Positions 40,402 to 48,805 of a stretch of DNA of 64,000 bases are shown here, piece after piece. Positions within the stretch are counted from its first letter, which is position 1. Every line of letters begins with the position of its first letter. The notes under the pieces are model-generated. The model saw only the letters and a list, made by a program, of their open reading frames with translations, was not told where the DNA came from and did not search any database. The DNA comes from an uncultured Gammaproteobacteria bacterium. Its GTDB lineage: Bacteria; Cyanobacteriota; Vampirovibrionia; Gastranaerophilales; Gastranaerophilaceae. The position numbers and the translations under genes were made by a program. The stretch lies in the NCBI GenBank assembly GCA_964570895.1, contig CAZMZD010000006.1, positions 11,447-75,446 on the forward strand, in the 5' to 3' direction.

Positions 40402-43022
40402 TATGCTACCGAGGTGCCATCATACAATGGCGGTTTTTTAAGTTTTTCTACCGCTTCTTGCGCTGTGCATATTAAATATTCATAATAATATTTATCGTCA
40501 TCATTTGTTGAGTTTTCAAGCGCATATTCTGAAATGTTTATAATTTGTTTCAAAACATCGACTGATTGGCTCAAAACAGAATAAACATCGCCTTCAAAAA
40601 TGTGTTTGAACGGGTTATATCTAAAGCCCAAATATTCTTTTTCATTTTTTCTGACAGTTGGGTCTTTCAAGATATTTTTAAAGTTGTTTGCAGAATTGTC
40701 ATTATATTCAGTTTGGTTGAGCCAAGAATATGCAATGTAGCTTGAGAAAATATCTATGTCGTTTGTTTCGTCTGCAATTCTATTTTCTTTTTCAGCTCTT
40801 TGCAATCTTTCGCATAAATCTTCTGCATCACACAAAGTGTCTAGAATGTCATATTTGCCTTCTTCTTCGCAATAATAAACAAACAAGTCATTTATTAATT
40901 TCTTTGTTTCTTCATTTTCAAAGTTTACGCCTGAATCAATAAGCCCAGCGGCAAACGCAGCAAGCTCAGACGGGCTCAACCTGCCAAGTTTTTTATCTGC
41001 AATCATTTTCACAAGCACAAGTTCATTGTAGCCGTGTGCTTTTGTGAGCAAATTGCCCATAGGAGTAGTTTTATAGCCCCTTGGCGTTTTTTCAAGGAAC
41101 TTGAATTTTTCAAGCACATGCTCATATTTGTTAATTTTATTATTTAAGCGATTTTTTGATTTTATCGGGTTTGCTTTTTGCGCTTGATACATATACAAAG
41201 ACTTGTCTAGAAGATAATCTAAGCCTTCTTTATCGTCGCTTTGCATATAATATGAAGCAAGGAAATTATAGCTTGTTGAATATTTACTTGTTATCGCATT
41301 TGGATTTGAGAAAATATATTTCTTCGCAATTTCTTTATCACTGTTTGATAAGTTATAAAGAATAACGTCGCCGATTTTATCTATACCGCGGCGCCCAGCG
41401 CGACCTGACATTTGTTGGAATTCGTTAACTGTTATTGGAGAATAGCCATCAAGCGCTTTGTCGTCCGGCTTATCCAATTGCGTGATTACAACTGACCTAG
41501 CAGGCATATTAATACCTGCAGATAATGTGCTCGTTGCAAACACAACTTTTAACAATTTTTTAGAGAACAACTCTTCAACAAGTTTCTTGTATCCAGGCAT
41601 TAACCCCGCATGGTGCGAAGCAATACCTGACATAAGATCGTGTTCATTAAAATGTTTTCCTAAGTATACATTTTTTTCTTTATATTCATGGATAATTTTT
41701 TGAATTTGCTCTTTTTCCTCTGGAGTTGTGAGGTTAAGACCTTCGTCAATAAGATTTTTTACATTCATATCGCAAGCATTTCTTGAAAACTTAAATATGA
41801 TTGCAGGAAGTTTTCTCGCGTCGTCTAAATCATGAATTAGAGTTTTGAAGTCTTCTTGAGGCCTTTTTTGATTTTTAGAAGATAGTACATTGCGGTTTAA
41901 TTCGCGAGAATCGTGGTCTAAAAGAAGTTGGGTCACTTCGCGCGCAACATGTTCTTTAAGTGCGAATTGTTCTTGAATTGTTTTTGAAAAATCAGTGTGT
42001 TTAACATGTTCTTCTTCAAACAATGAGAACAGTTTTTCTTGTGCTTCAGCAGATGTTATATCATTTTTATCCGCCAAAATTTCAATCGCACGTTTTTCTT
42101 TATCCGTGAAAGCACCTTCTTGCGCTCTTTCTTTCATTGAGGCAATATTTATGCTGCCCTTGACTATTTCTTTGAAAGGCTCTTTTTCACCTTTGGCATA
42201 TTCTTGGAACACAAGCGGAACAAACCTTTCTTTGTGGCTTGCTTCAATCAAATTTGTTTTCTTTTTTGTAATTGAATCAATCCAAGAAGAAAATTCTTGC
42301 GCGTTGCCGACTGTTGCGCTCAATGGCAAAATTTGCATATTTTGAGGAGTGAACACAATTGATTCTTCCCAAATTTTTCCTCTTTCATGTTCATCTATAT
42401 AGTGCGCTTCGTCAAACACAACTGTGTTTACATCTTTAAAACGGCTTTTTGTAGGGTCTGAAAATTCATTCAGCGCCATGTTTCTATATATTTCAGTTGT
42501 CATAATGAGAACCGGCGCGTCTTTTTTAAGTTTAATGTCCCCTGTTAAAAGACCGACATTTTCTTCGCCATATATTTTGCAAAATTCTCTGTATTTATCG
42601 TTTGATAAGGCTTTTAGAGGGGTTGTGTAATATGTTTTTTTGCCTTCTTTTAAATTTTTTGTAATTACATAATTTGCAATTGCTGTTTTGCCAACACCTG
42701 TTGGAGCGATACAAACTGTGTTGTCACCATCGTATAAGCTTTTTGCCGAGCGAAGCTGCGTGTCATCCGGCATAGCTTGGAATTTTCTGCCTTTAGAGTC
42801 TTCTAAAATCGGCAATTGGAAATAATTTTGTTCGATTGTTTCATCAAAACTAGGCTCTGGCGCGCCTTTAAACAAAATTTGCTGATAATAACTTGCAGGA
42901 TAGCTTGTTATTTGCGAATTTTGCACGTTTTGTGAGCTTTGTTTAATGGGGTTTGAAGAATTGTTCGTTAGTTTTGAAACGCCTGTAAACGGCTTAAAAT
43001 TAGTTACTTTGTTTATCAACAT
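40401..43022 (-). CDS. Ski2/HelY-like DExH-box SF2 helicase
   Basis: 873 aa with motifs APTGVGKT (I), TPLKALSNDK (Ia), VFDEAHYI (II), LSATVGN (III), HHAGLMPGYK, FATSTLSAGINMPARSVV (V) and QMSGRAGRRGID (VI). The C-terminal helical region (TPMGNLLTKAHGYNELVLVKMI...LSPSELAAFAAGLI) resembles the DSHCT-type end of Ski2-like helicases. Confidence 0.85.
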   Translation of the reverse strand: MLINKVTNFKPFTGVSKLTNNSSNPIKQSSQNVQNSQITSYPASYYQQILFKGAPEPSFDETIEQNYFQLPILEDSKGRKFQAMPDDTQLRSAKSLYDGDNTVCIAPTGVGKTAIANYVITKNLKEGKKTYYTTPLKALSNDKYREFCKIYGEENVGLLTGDIKLKKDAPVLIMTTEIYRNMALNEFSDPTKSRFKDVNTVVFDEAHYIDEHERGKIWEESIVFTPQNMQILPLSATVGNAQEFSSWIDSITKKKTNLIEASHKERFVPLVFQEYAKGEKEPFKEIVKGSINIASMKERAQEGAFTDKEKRAIEILADKNDITSAEAQEKLFSLFEEEHVKHTDFSKTIQEQFALKEHVAREVTQLLLDHDSRELNRNVLSSKNQKRPQEDFKTLIHDLDDARKLPAIIFKFSRNACDMNVKNLIDEGLNLTTPEEKEQIQKIIHEYKEKNVYLGKHFNEHDLMSGIASHHAGLMPGYKKLVEELFSKKLLKVVFATSTLSAGINMPARSVVITQLDKPDDKALDGYSPITVNEFQQMSGRAGRRGIDKIGDVILYNLSNSDKEIAKKYIFSNPNAITSKYSTSYNFLASYYMQSDDKEGLDYLLDKSLYMYQAQKANPIKSKNRLNNKINKYEHVLEKFKFLEKTPRGYKTTPMGNLLTKAHGYNELVLVKMIADKKLGRLSPSELAAFAAGLIDSGVNFENEETKKLINDLFVYYCEEEGKYDILDTLCDAEDLCERLQRAEKENRIADETNDIDIFSSYIAYSWLNQTEYNDNSANNFKNILKDPTVRKNEKEYLGFRYNPFKHIFEGDVYSVLSQSVDVLKQIINISEYALENSTNDDDKYYYEYLICTAQEAVEKLKKPPLYDGTSVA

Positions 43023-43113
43023 ACAAATACCTATATTAGTATATGTATGTATAAATCATGAATAACTTTTTTTTGAACATGTAAAAAGGAAAATCGAAAC
43101 ATTCCTTAATATA

Positions 43114-43758
43114 TTATTTTATAATTTGCATTATTTCTTCAAGATTTTTCTTTGGCGCGCGCCCTGATGGAACATCAGCAGGCTTGCCCACTGCTAAAAG
43201 TGAAACGATTTTATCATCGTCCGCTAAATTTAAAATTTTCTTAAACGCACTGCATGCAAGAACAGGAGCCACCATCCAGCAAGAACCGAGCCCTAGAGCA
43301 TGCGCCGTAAGCGCCATATTTTCAACCGCACCACCCATGCTTAAAAGTTGCGAATCGGGGCGCATTAGGGAAATTTCCTCTGACGAATATTTTGCATTTT
43401 CTAAAACATTATCAAGAAAAGCAGGGTATTTTGTTTCAACAACCGCAATTAAAAGAGGTGCTTGGGTAAAAAATGTTGAGTGTGCGCGGAAGCGGTTTAC
43501 ACCGTCTTTTTCTTCTTGTTTATCAAGTTTAGACACAATTTCATCGTATTTTTCAAGCACGGCATTTGCCATCTTTTGCTTAACATCATTATTTAAAATT
43601 GCAACAAATTTCCAATTTTGAGCATTCACCGCAGAAGGCGCAAGACGGGCAGAGTCAATTATTTCTTTAATTTCATCATCGGTTGGAATGTAGTCTGTAT
43701 ATTTTCTTACAGTTTTTCTATTTTTTATAACCTCGAAAAAATTAACTCCGTCCTTCAT
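43114..43758 (-). CDS. Nitroreductase-family protein
   Basis: 214 aa. RKTVRKYTD..P.....I.EII..ARLAPSAVNAQNWKF is a typical nitroreductase N-terminus. The C-terminal GLGSCWM is also present. Confidence 0.85.
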   Translation of the reverse strand: MKDGVNFFEVIKNRKTVRKYTDYIPTDDEIKEIIDSARLAPSAVNAQNWKFVAILNNDVKQKMANAVLEKYDEIVSKLDKQEEKDGVNRFRAHSTFFTQAPLLIAVVETKYPAFLDNVLENAKYSSEEISLMRPDSQLLSMGGAVENMALTAHALGLGSCWMVAPVLACSAFKKILNLADDDKIVSLLAVGKPADVPSGRAPKKNLEEIMQIIK

Positions 43759-43792
43759 ATTAAACTCCTTAATTTATGCTAAAATTATTTGT

Positions 43793-44554
43793 ATGAAAAA
43801 ATACTTTTTAATTTTAATATTTTGCTTGATTTTTGTAAAGCTACAATGGGCGAATACATCTTTCGCCGATTTTGATAAAAACTATAAAGTTTTTGAACCT
43901 CAAACAACAGAAGAAGCAAGAAAAAACATTGAAAACAAAAAAAATATTCTTTTCATCATTGATTTTTCAAACAGCATGAATGAGCCTATGGAAGGCACAA
44001 CAAAAATTCAGCTTGCAATCAAAACAATGAAAGAACTTTTGGCTGAAATTCCGCAAGATGTGAATGTTGGGCTTAGGATTTACGGGCACAGCAGCGGTTT
44101 TACGTATCTTATGGGTTGCACTTCATCAAAATTGTTTGTGCCACTAGGAGTCAAGAACAGAGAGGAAATTATATCTTCACTTGGAAAGGTTAACGCCGTT
44201 GGCTGGACGCCTATCACATATTCTCTAAAACAAGCGGTTCACAAGGATTTCGCAGGAATTGCAGGGCAAAAACACATAATTTTACTTACAGACGGCGGTG
44301 AAAATTGCGACGAAAGCCCTTGCACCTATTCCATAAACCTTATGCAAACAAGAGAAGATATTTCAATTGATGTAATTGCGTTTGACCTGAATGACTACGA
44401 AGCCAAAAACCAGCTCAGGTGCACTTCTTATGTGACTCGCGGAAATTTTTATGATGCAAAAAATTCAAAAGAACTGAAAGACAGTTTGTTTGACAGTTTA
44501 AACATTGATAAATCCGTTAAAGGGCAAGTGAAGGTTAAAACATCGCCGTTTTAA
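43793..44554 (+). CDS. Secreted von Willebrand factor A (VWA) domain protein
   Basis: 253 aa with a signal peptide, MIDAS DFSNSM (DxSxS), GWTPI and LLTDGGEN. Confidence 0.75.
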   Translation: MKKYFLILIFCLIFVKLQWANTSFADFDKNYKVFEPQTTEEARKNIENKKNILFIIDFSNSMNEPMEGTTKIQLAIKTMKELLAEIPQDVNVGLRIYGHSSGFTYLMGCTSSKLFVPLGVKNREEIISSLGKVNAVGWTPITYSLKQAVHKDFAGIAGQKHIILLTDGGENCDESPCTYSINLMQTREDISIDVIAFDLNDYEAKNQLRCTSYVTRGNFYDAKNSKELKDSLFDSLNIDKSVKGQVKVKTSPF

Positions 44555-44892
44555 GATTTATACCAAGGCTTGAAATTGTTTATTTGACTTGCAAGTAAAT
44601 CATAATCGCCTTCAAATTTTAAACACCTGTCATCAATTATGAGCCATGAAAGCTCTTTTTCATTCGTTATGCTTGAAAAATATTTGTCCAAATTATTATC
44701 TTCGAGCCAAGTGCGCGCAAGAGCTTCATCGCGCGTGGTAAACAATTTGAGCTCATAATCTTTGTTTAATTTTTCAAGAAATTCAGATGTACCTTCTTTT
44801 GGCTCAGGAATTAAATTTTTATCGTAATTACCCTTATATTCATTAAGCACGCCATCTAAATCAATCAAGATAGTTTTCTTGTAAGTTTTCAT
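44551..44892 (-). CDS. Small HAD-like hydrolase (NT5C/deoxyribonucleotidase-like)
   Basis: 113 aa with ILIDLDGVLNEY (DxDx motif) and IIDD near the C-terminus. Confidence 0.5.
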   Translation of the reverse strand: MKTYKKTILIDLDGVLNEYKGNYDKNLIPEPKEGTSEFLEKLNKDYELKLFTTRDEALARTWLEDNNLDKYFSSITNEKELSWLIIDDRCLKFEGDYDLLASQINNFKPWYKS

Positions 44893-44976
44893 AAATTACT
44901 CCTTTTTAAAAACTAAGTGTGGAATGCTTATTATAAAAAAATATTTGATTAAATATTGTAGAGTTTTTACAGCACC

Positions 44977-45279
44977 TTGATTAATCATACGCAATATGAT
45001 GTAAAAATGCAACAACAAGATAAAAAGACAATGGTTTTAAATAAAGCAATGGGCGAAATTGTTAAGGAACTAAGAGAGAAAAACGCCAAAAGTTCAATTA
45101 ACAATTTTGCGCGCGAATACGATTTTGATAGAGGCAATTTAAGCAAACTTGAAAGAGGACAGCTAAATTGCAGGCTGCTAACTGCATGGAAATTATCAGA
45201 AGCGCTTGGCATAAAATTTTCTGATTTTGCAAAGTTGTTAGAAGAAAAACTTGGCGAAAATTTTACTTTGATTGATTAG
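44977..45279 (+). CDS. XRE-family HTH regulator (start uncertain)
   Basis: The track start is a TTG. Internal ATGs at 45007 or later are equally possible. The HTH segment is SINNFAREYDFDRGNLSKLERGQ. Confidence 0.55.
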   Translation: MINHTQYDVKMQQQDKKTMVLNKAMGEIVKELREKNAKSSINNFAREYDFDRGNLSKLERGQLNCRLLTAWKLSEALGIKFSDFAKLLEEKLGENFTLID

Positions 45280-45344
45280 TAACAGCACATTTTCTATTGT
45301 GAAATCTCAATGAATATTTTTACACAATATTTGATAATACTTAA

Positions 45345-45563
45345 ATGAATTATTCGCGATTGGGAAAATACATAAAAGACGAACGAATTAAGCTGGGCGT
45401 TTCATTGAATGAATTTGCACTGTCTGTTGATGTTGACCCAGCGATATTATCCCGTATTGAAAATTTAAAACAAAATATAAAATTAAATGTGTTAGAAAAA
45501 ATCGCAAACGGCTTCAAGAAAACGCCTGCACAATTTTTGAGCGATTTTGAAAAACTAAATTAA
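45345..45563 (+). CDS. XRE-family HTH regulator
   Basis: 72 aa with LGKYIKDERIKLGVSLNEFALSVDVDPAILSRIENLKQN. Confidence 0.7.
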   Translation: MNYSRLGKYIKDERIKLGVSLNEFALSVDVDPAILSRIENLKQNIKLNVLEKIANGFKKTPAQFLSDFEKLN

Positions 45564-46775
45564 TTATAGCTCTTTCTTTTGCACCTGCTCGCCTGTTTCA
45601 AGGTTTTTCACAGTATAAAACCCTTGCGCAATTTCGTCTTCGCCAATAATTACAGCGAATTTTGCAACTTTTGCAGCTTTTTCAAGTTGTTTATTAAATT
45701 TCCTTGATTTAGGGTCAAAATCGGCAGTTTTCCCGCCCTCGCGCAATTTGCAAACAGTTTTAAAGGCTTCTGTTGTATATTTTGAAACGACAAAATAATC
45801 TAATTTTTGAGGCTCAAGAGTTGGAATAAGCGAAGACAACCTTTCGACGCCAAGCGCCCAACCAACGGCAGGAGTAGGCTCTCCGCCTAATTGACCAACA
45901 AGCCCGTCATATCTTCCGCCGCCAATCACCGCATTTTGCGAACCTAAGTTATTACTTTTAATTTCAAACACAAGTCTGTTATAATAATCCAGACCGCGAA
46001 CCAAAAGCTTGTTTATGTTGTATTTTATGCCAAGAGCTGAAAGCTCATTACAAATAATTTCAAATTGCTCTCTGCACTCATCGCAAATAAAATCAGAGAA
46101 AATAACTTCTTTCACATTATCAAGCGCAAAAATCTTTTGGCATTCTTCGCATTTGCAGTCCAAAATTCTTAGCGGATTTTTTTCGTAGCGCATGTTGCAA
46201 TCCGGACAAAGCTTGTCTAAATAAGGTTTTAGAACTTCTTTTATTGCGTTTCTGTAATTATCTCTGCATTTTGAACAACCAAGAGAATTAATTTCAACTT
46301 CTAAATCATTTAGCCCTAATTTTTTCAAAATATTAATTGCAAGCGTGATAACTTCAATATCTGTGTATGGAGAATCCGAGCCAAAAACTTCCACGCCCAT
46401 TTGGTGGAATTGCCTTTGCCTTCCTGCTTGAGGGCGTTCATAGCGAAACATTGGTCCAAAATACCAAAATTTTTGAGGTGGCGAAATTCTTGAAAAACCA
46501 TGCTCAATATAAGCCCTCACAACGCCTGCCGTGTTTTCAGGGCGAAGAGTTAAAGAGTTGCCATCGTGAATTTTAAAGGTATACATTTCTTTATTCACAA
46601 TGTCTGTACTATCCCCAACACCGCGCGCAAAAAGCTCTGTCACCTCAAAAATCGGTGTTGAAATTTTTTGCACATTGGCAGAAGAAAAAACTTCTCTTCC
46701 TGCATTTTCTATTTTTTCGAATTTGAGCATTTGCTCATCAAATACATCTTTTGTTCCACGTTCGGCTTTAATCAT
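45564..46775 (-). CDS. hisS: Histidine--tRNA ligase
   Basis: 403 aa with GTKDV, LTLRPENTAGVVRAY, FRYERPQAGRQRQFHQ.GVEVFG, GGGRYDGL and the anticodon-binding tail KFAVIIGEDE. A Cys-rich insertion is present (CSKC..CPDC..CKCEEC..CDEC). Confidence 0.9.
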   Translation of the reverse strand: MIKAERGTKDVFDEQMLKFEKIENAGREVFSSANVQKISTPIFEVTELFARGVGDSTDIVNKEMYTFKIHDGNSLTLRPENTAGVVRAYIEHGFSRISPPQKFWYFGPMFRYERPQAGRQRQFHQMGVEVFGSDSPYTDIEVITLAINILKKLGLNDLEVEINSLGCSKCRDNYRNAIKEVLKPYLDKLCPDCNMRYEKNPLRILDCKCEECQKIFALDNVKEVIFSDFICDECREQFEIICNELSALGIKYNINKLLVRGLDYYNRLVFEIKSNNLGSQNAVIGGGRYDGLVGQLGGEPTPAVGWALGVERLSSLIPTLEPQKLDYFVVSKYTTEAFKTVCKLREGGKTADFDPKSRKFNKQLEKAAKVAKFAVIIGEDEIAQGFYTVKNLETGEQVQKKEL

Positions 46776-47900
46776 CTAAAATCCCACTATCATTGAAAGT
46801 TCTGTATGTTCTTTTTCTAAAATGTTTGCTAATTTTTCGCTTGTAACCATTCCATTAAATGTTGAAACGCCCGTTGCAAAAACTTCATTTTTCTTAATTG
46901 CAGAAATTATACCTTCTTCGCAAATTTGGTGCAAGTAAGGAAACATTGCATAAGAAAACGCAAGAGAAGCTGTTTTCGGCACTGTCGAAGGCACATTTGG
47001 CACAGCATAGTGCAAAACGCCATATTTTTCATAAATCGGGTTTTCATGTGTTGTAATTCTATCTATTGTTTCAATTACGCCGCCTTGGTCAATTGCCACG
47101 TCCATAACAACAGAGCCTTTTTTCATTTGTTTTACAATATCTGCCGTCACAAGTTTTGGCATTTTGCCTTGTGCATAAACCGCGCCGATTAAAATATCAG
47201 CGTCGCGCGCTTCGCGGGCAATTGTCATAGGGTTAGAGTAGAAAGTTTTAACTCCGCCATTAAATGCAAGGTCAATTTTTGCAAGTTTTTTATGATTAAC
47301 ATCAAGGACAGAAACATCTGCGCCCATGCCATGCGCCACTTTGGCAGCGTTAAGCCCAACTGTTCCGCCCCCGATAATAACAACTTTACCCGCAGGAACC
47401 CCAGGAACACCGCCAAGCAAAATGCCTGAACCGCCCATTGTGCGCTCTAAAAATTTTGCGCCCGCTTGAATTGCAATGCGCCCTGCAACCTGTGACATTG
47501 GGCTCAAAATTGGCCTTTCGCCATTTTTTGTGTGTATTGTTTCAAGGGAAACCGAGCAAACTTTTCTCTTTAAAAGTTCCTCTGCGAGCTGTTTTTCATT
47601 ATCTAAGTGCAAATAACCAAGAAGCACATGCTTTGAATTAAAAAATTTATATTCTGCAATTTGAGGTTCTTTAATTTTGAGCACATAAGTTGCTCTTGAC
47701 CATAATTCTTCAGGTGTTGAAACAATTTCTGCGCCAGCTTTTTCATATTCTTCGTTCGAAAAACCGGCAAGAAGCCCTGCATCTTTTTCAACAAGCACCC
47801 CTCTTTCTTCTTTAGGGAGCATGCCAATTACATCAGGAGTTAATGAAACCCTTGTTTCGCCTGCTTTTAATTCTTTTGGAACGCCAAAAAATTTAACCAT
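46776..47900 (-). CDS. ald: Alanine dehydrogenase
   Basis: 374 aa with GVPKELKAGETRVSLTP and VVIIGGGTVGLNAAKVAHGMGA (Rossmann), plus AVPNVPSTVPKTAS. Confidence 0.9.
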   Translation of the reverse strand: MVKFFGVPKELKAGETRVSLTPDVIGMLPKEERGVLVEKDAGLLAGFSNEEYEKAGAEIVSTPEELWSRATYVLKIKEPQIAEYKFFNSKHVLLGYLHLDNEKQLAEELLKRKVCSVSLETIHTKNGERPILSPMSQVAGRIAIQAGAKFLERTMGGSGILLGGVPGVPAGKVVIIGGGTVGLNAAKVAHGMGADVSVLDVNHKKLAKIDLAFNGGVKTFYSNPMTIAREARDADILIGAVYAQGKMPKLVTADIVKQMKKGSVVMDVAIDQGGVIETIDRITTHENPIYEKYGVLHYAVPNVPSTVPKTASLAFSYAMFPYLHQICEEGIISAIKKNEVFATGVSTFNGMVTSEKLANILEKEHTELSMIVGF

Positions 47901-47907
47901 TCTAACC

Positions 47908-48672
47908 TCAATTTAATTTAACATAAGTGCCTGCAAGAGCGTCTTCAATTTCATCTATGATTAATTGAATTGCGTCAATTTTATTTTCAGCTTTTGTGAC
48001 AGGGCGCCCAATAACCATATAGTCAATTCCTGCATTTATCGCGTCAGCAGGTGTCACAACTCGAACCTGATCATCCACAACAGACCAAGTCGGGCGAATT
48101 GCAGGGCACACAATAATAAAATCTTCGCCGCAAATTTTTCTGATTTGAGCAGCTTCTGAAGCAGAAGCAACAACGCCTGAAAGGCAAGCTTCATTTGCAA
48201 TTTTTGCAAGAGAAGCAACATAATCATCAATATTTAATTCTACGCTTAATTCTTGGTTTAAAGTTCTTTGCCCAAAGCTTGAAAGCAAAGTCACGCCCAG
48301 AATTGTCGGCTTATCTTTTTCTAAAGTTTTTGCCACCTCATTACAGTATTTAACTGTCGAAGTGAGCATTTTAGAACCACCTTTAATGTGGATGTCGAAA
48401 AAATCTATGTCATTTTTAATTAAATTCGCACTAGCGCGCGCAACAGTGTTTGGAATATCGTGAAATTTACCGTCAAAAAAGACTCTTCCACCTTCTTCAT
48501 GTATCATTTTAACAACTTCATACCCACATGAAGTGAAAAGTTGCAAACCAACTTTAAAAAACCCAACATAGTCTTTAAGCTCACGCACAAGCTCTCTTGC
48601 AACTTCAAATTCATCTACATCAAGAGCCAATATTATACGTTCTTTTGCACTCGCCGGTTTGTTAACTATCAT
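47908..48672 (-). CDS. pyrF: Orotidine 5'-phosphate decarboxylase
   Basis: 254 aa with IILALDV, FFKVGLQLF, FFDGKFHDIPNTV and MVIGRPV. Confidence 0.9.
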   Translation of the reverse strand: MIVNKPASAKERIILALDVDEFEVARELVRELKDYVGFFKVGLQLFTSCGYEVVKMIHEEGGRVFFDGKFHDIPNTVARASANLIKNDIDFFDIHIKGGSKMLTSTVKYCNEVAKTLEKDKPTILGVTLLSSFGQRTLNQELSVELNIDDYVASLAKIANEACLSGVVASASEAAQIRKICGEDFIIVCPAIRPTWSVVDDQVRVVTPADAINAGIDYMVIGRPVTKAENKIDAIQLIIDEIEDALAGTYVKLN

Positions 48673-48805
48673 ATCTTTATTCCATACATTCTATATCGTT
48701 CGACAAAACAAAATTCTATCACTTGAAGCCCTATTTTGCAAATCGTTAAGATGATATTAAGTAAATAATTTGATTTGAAAACAAAATGCATATTATAATT
48801 ATATT

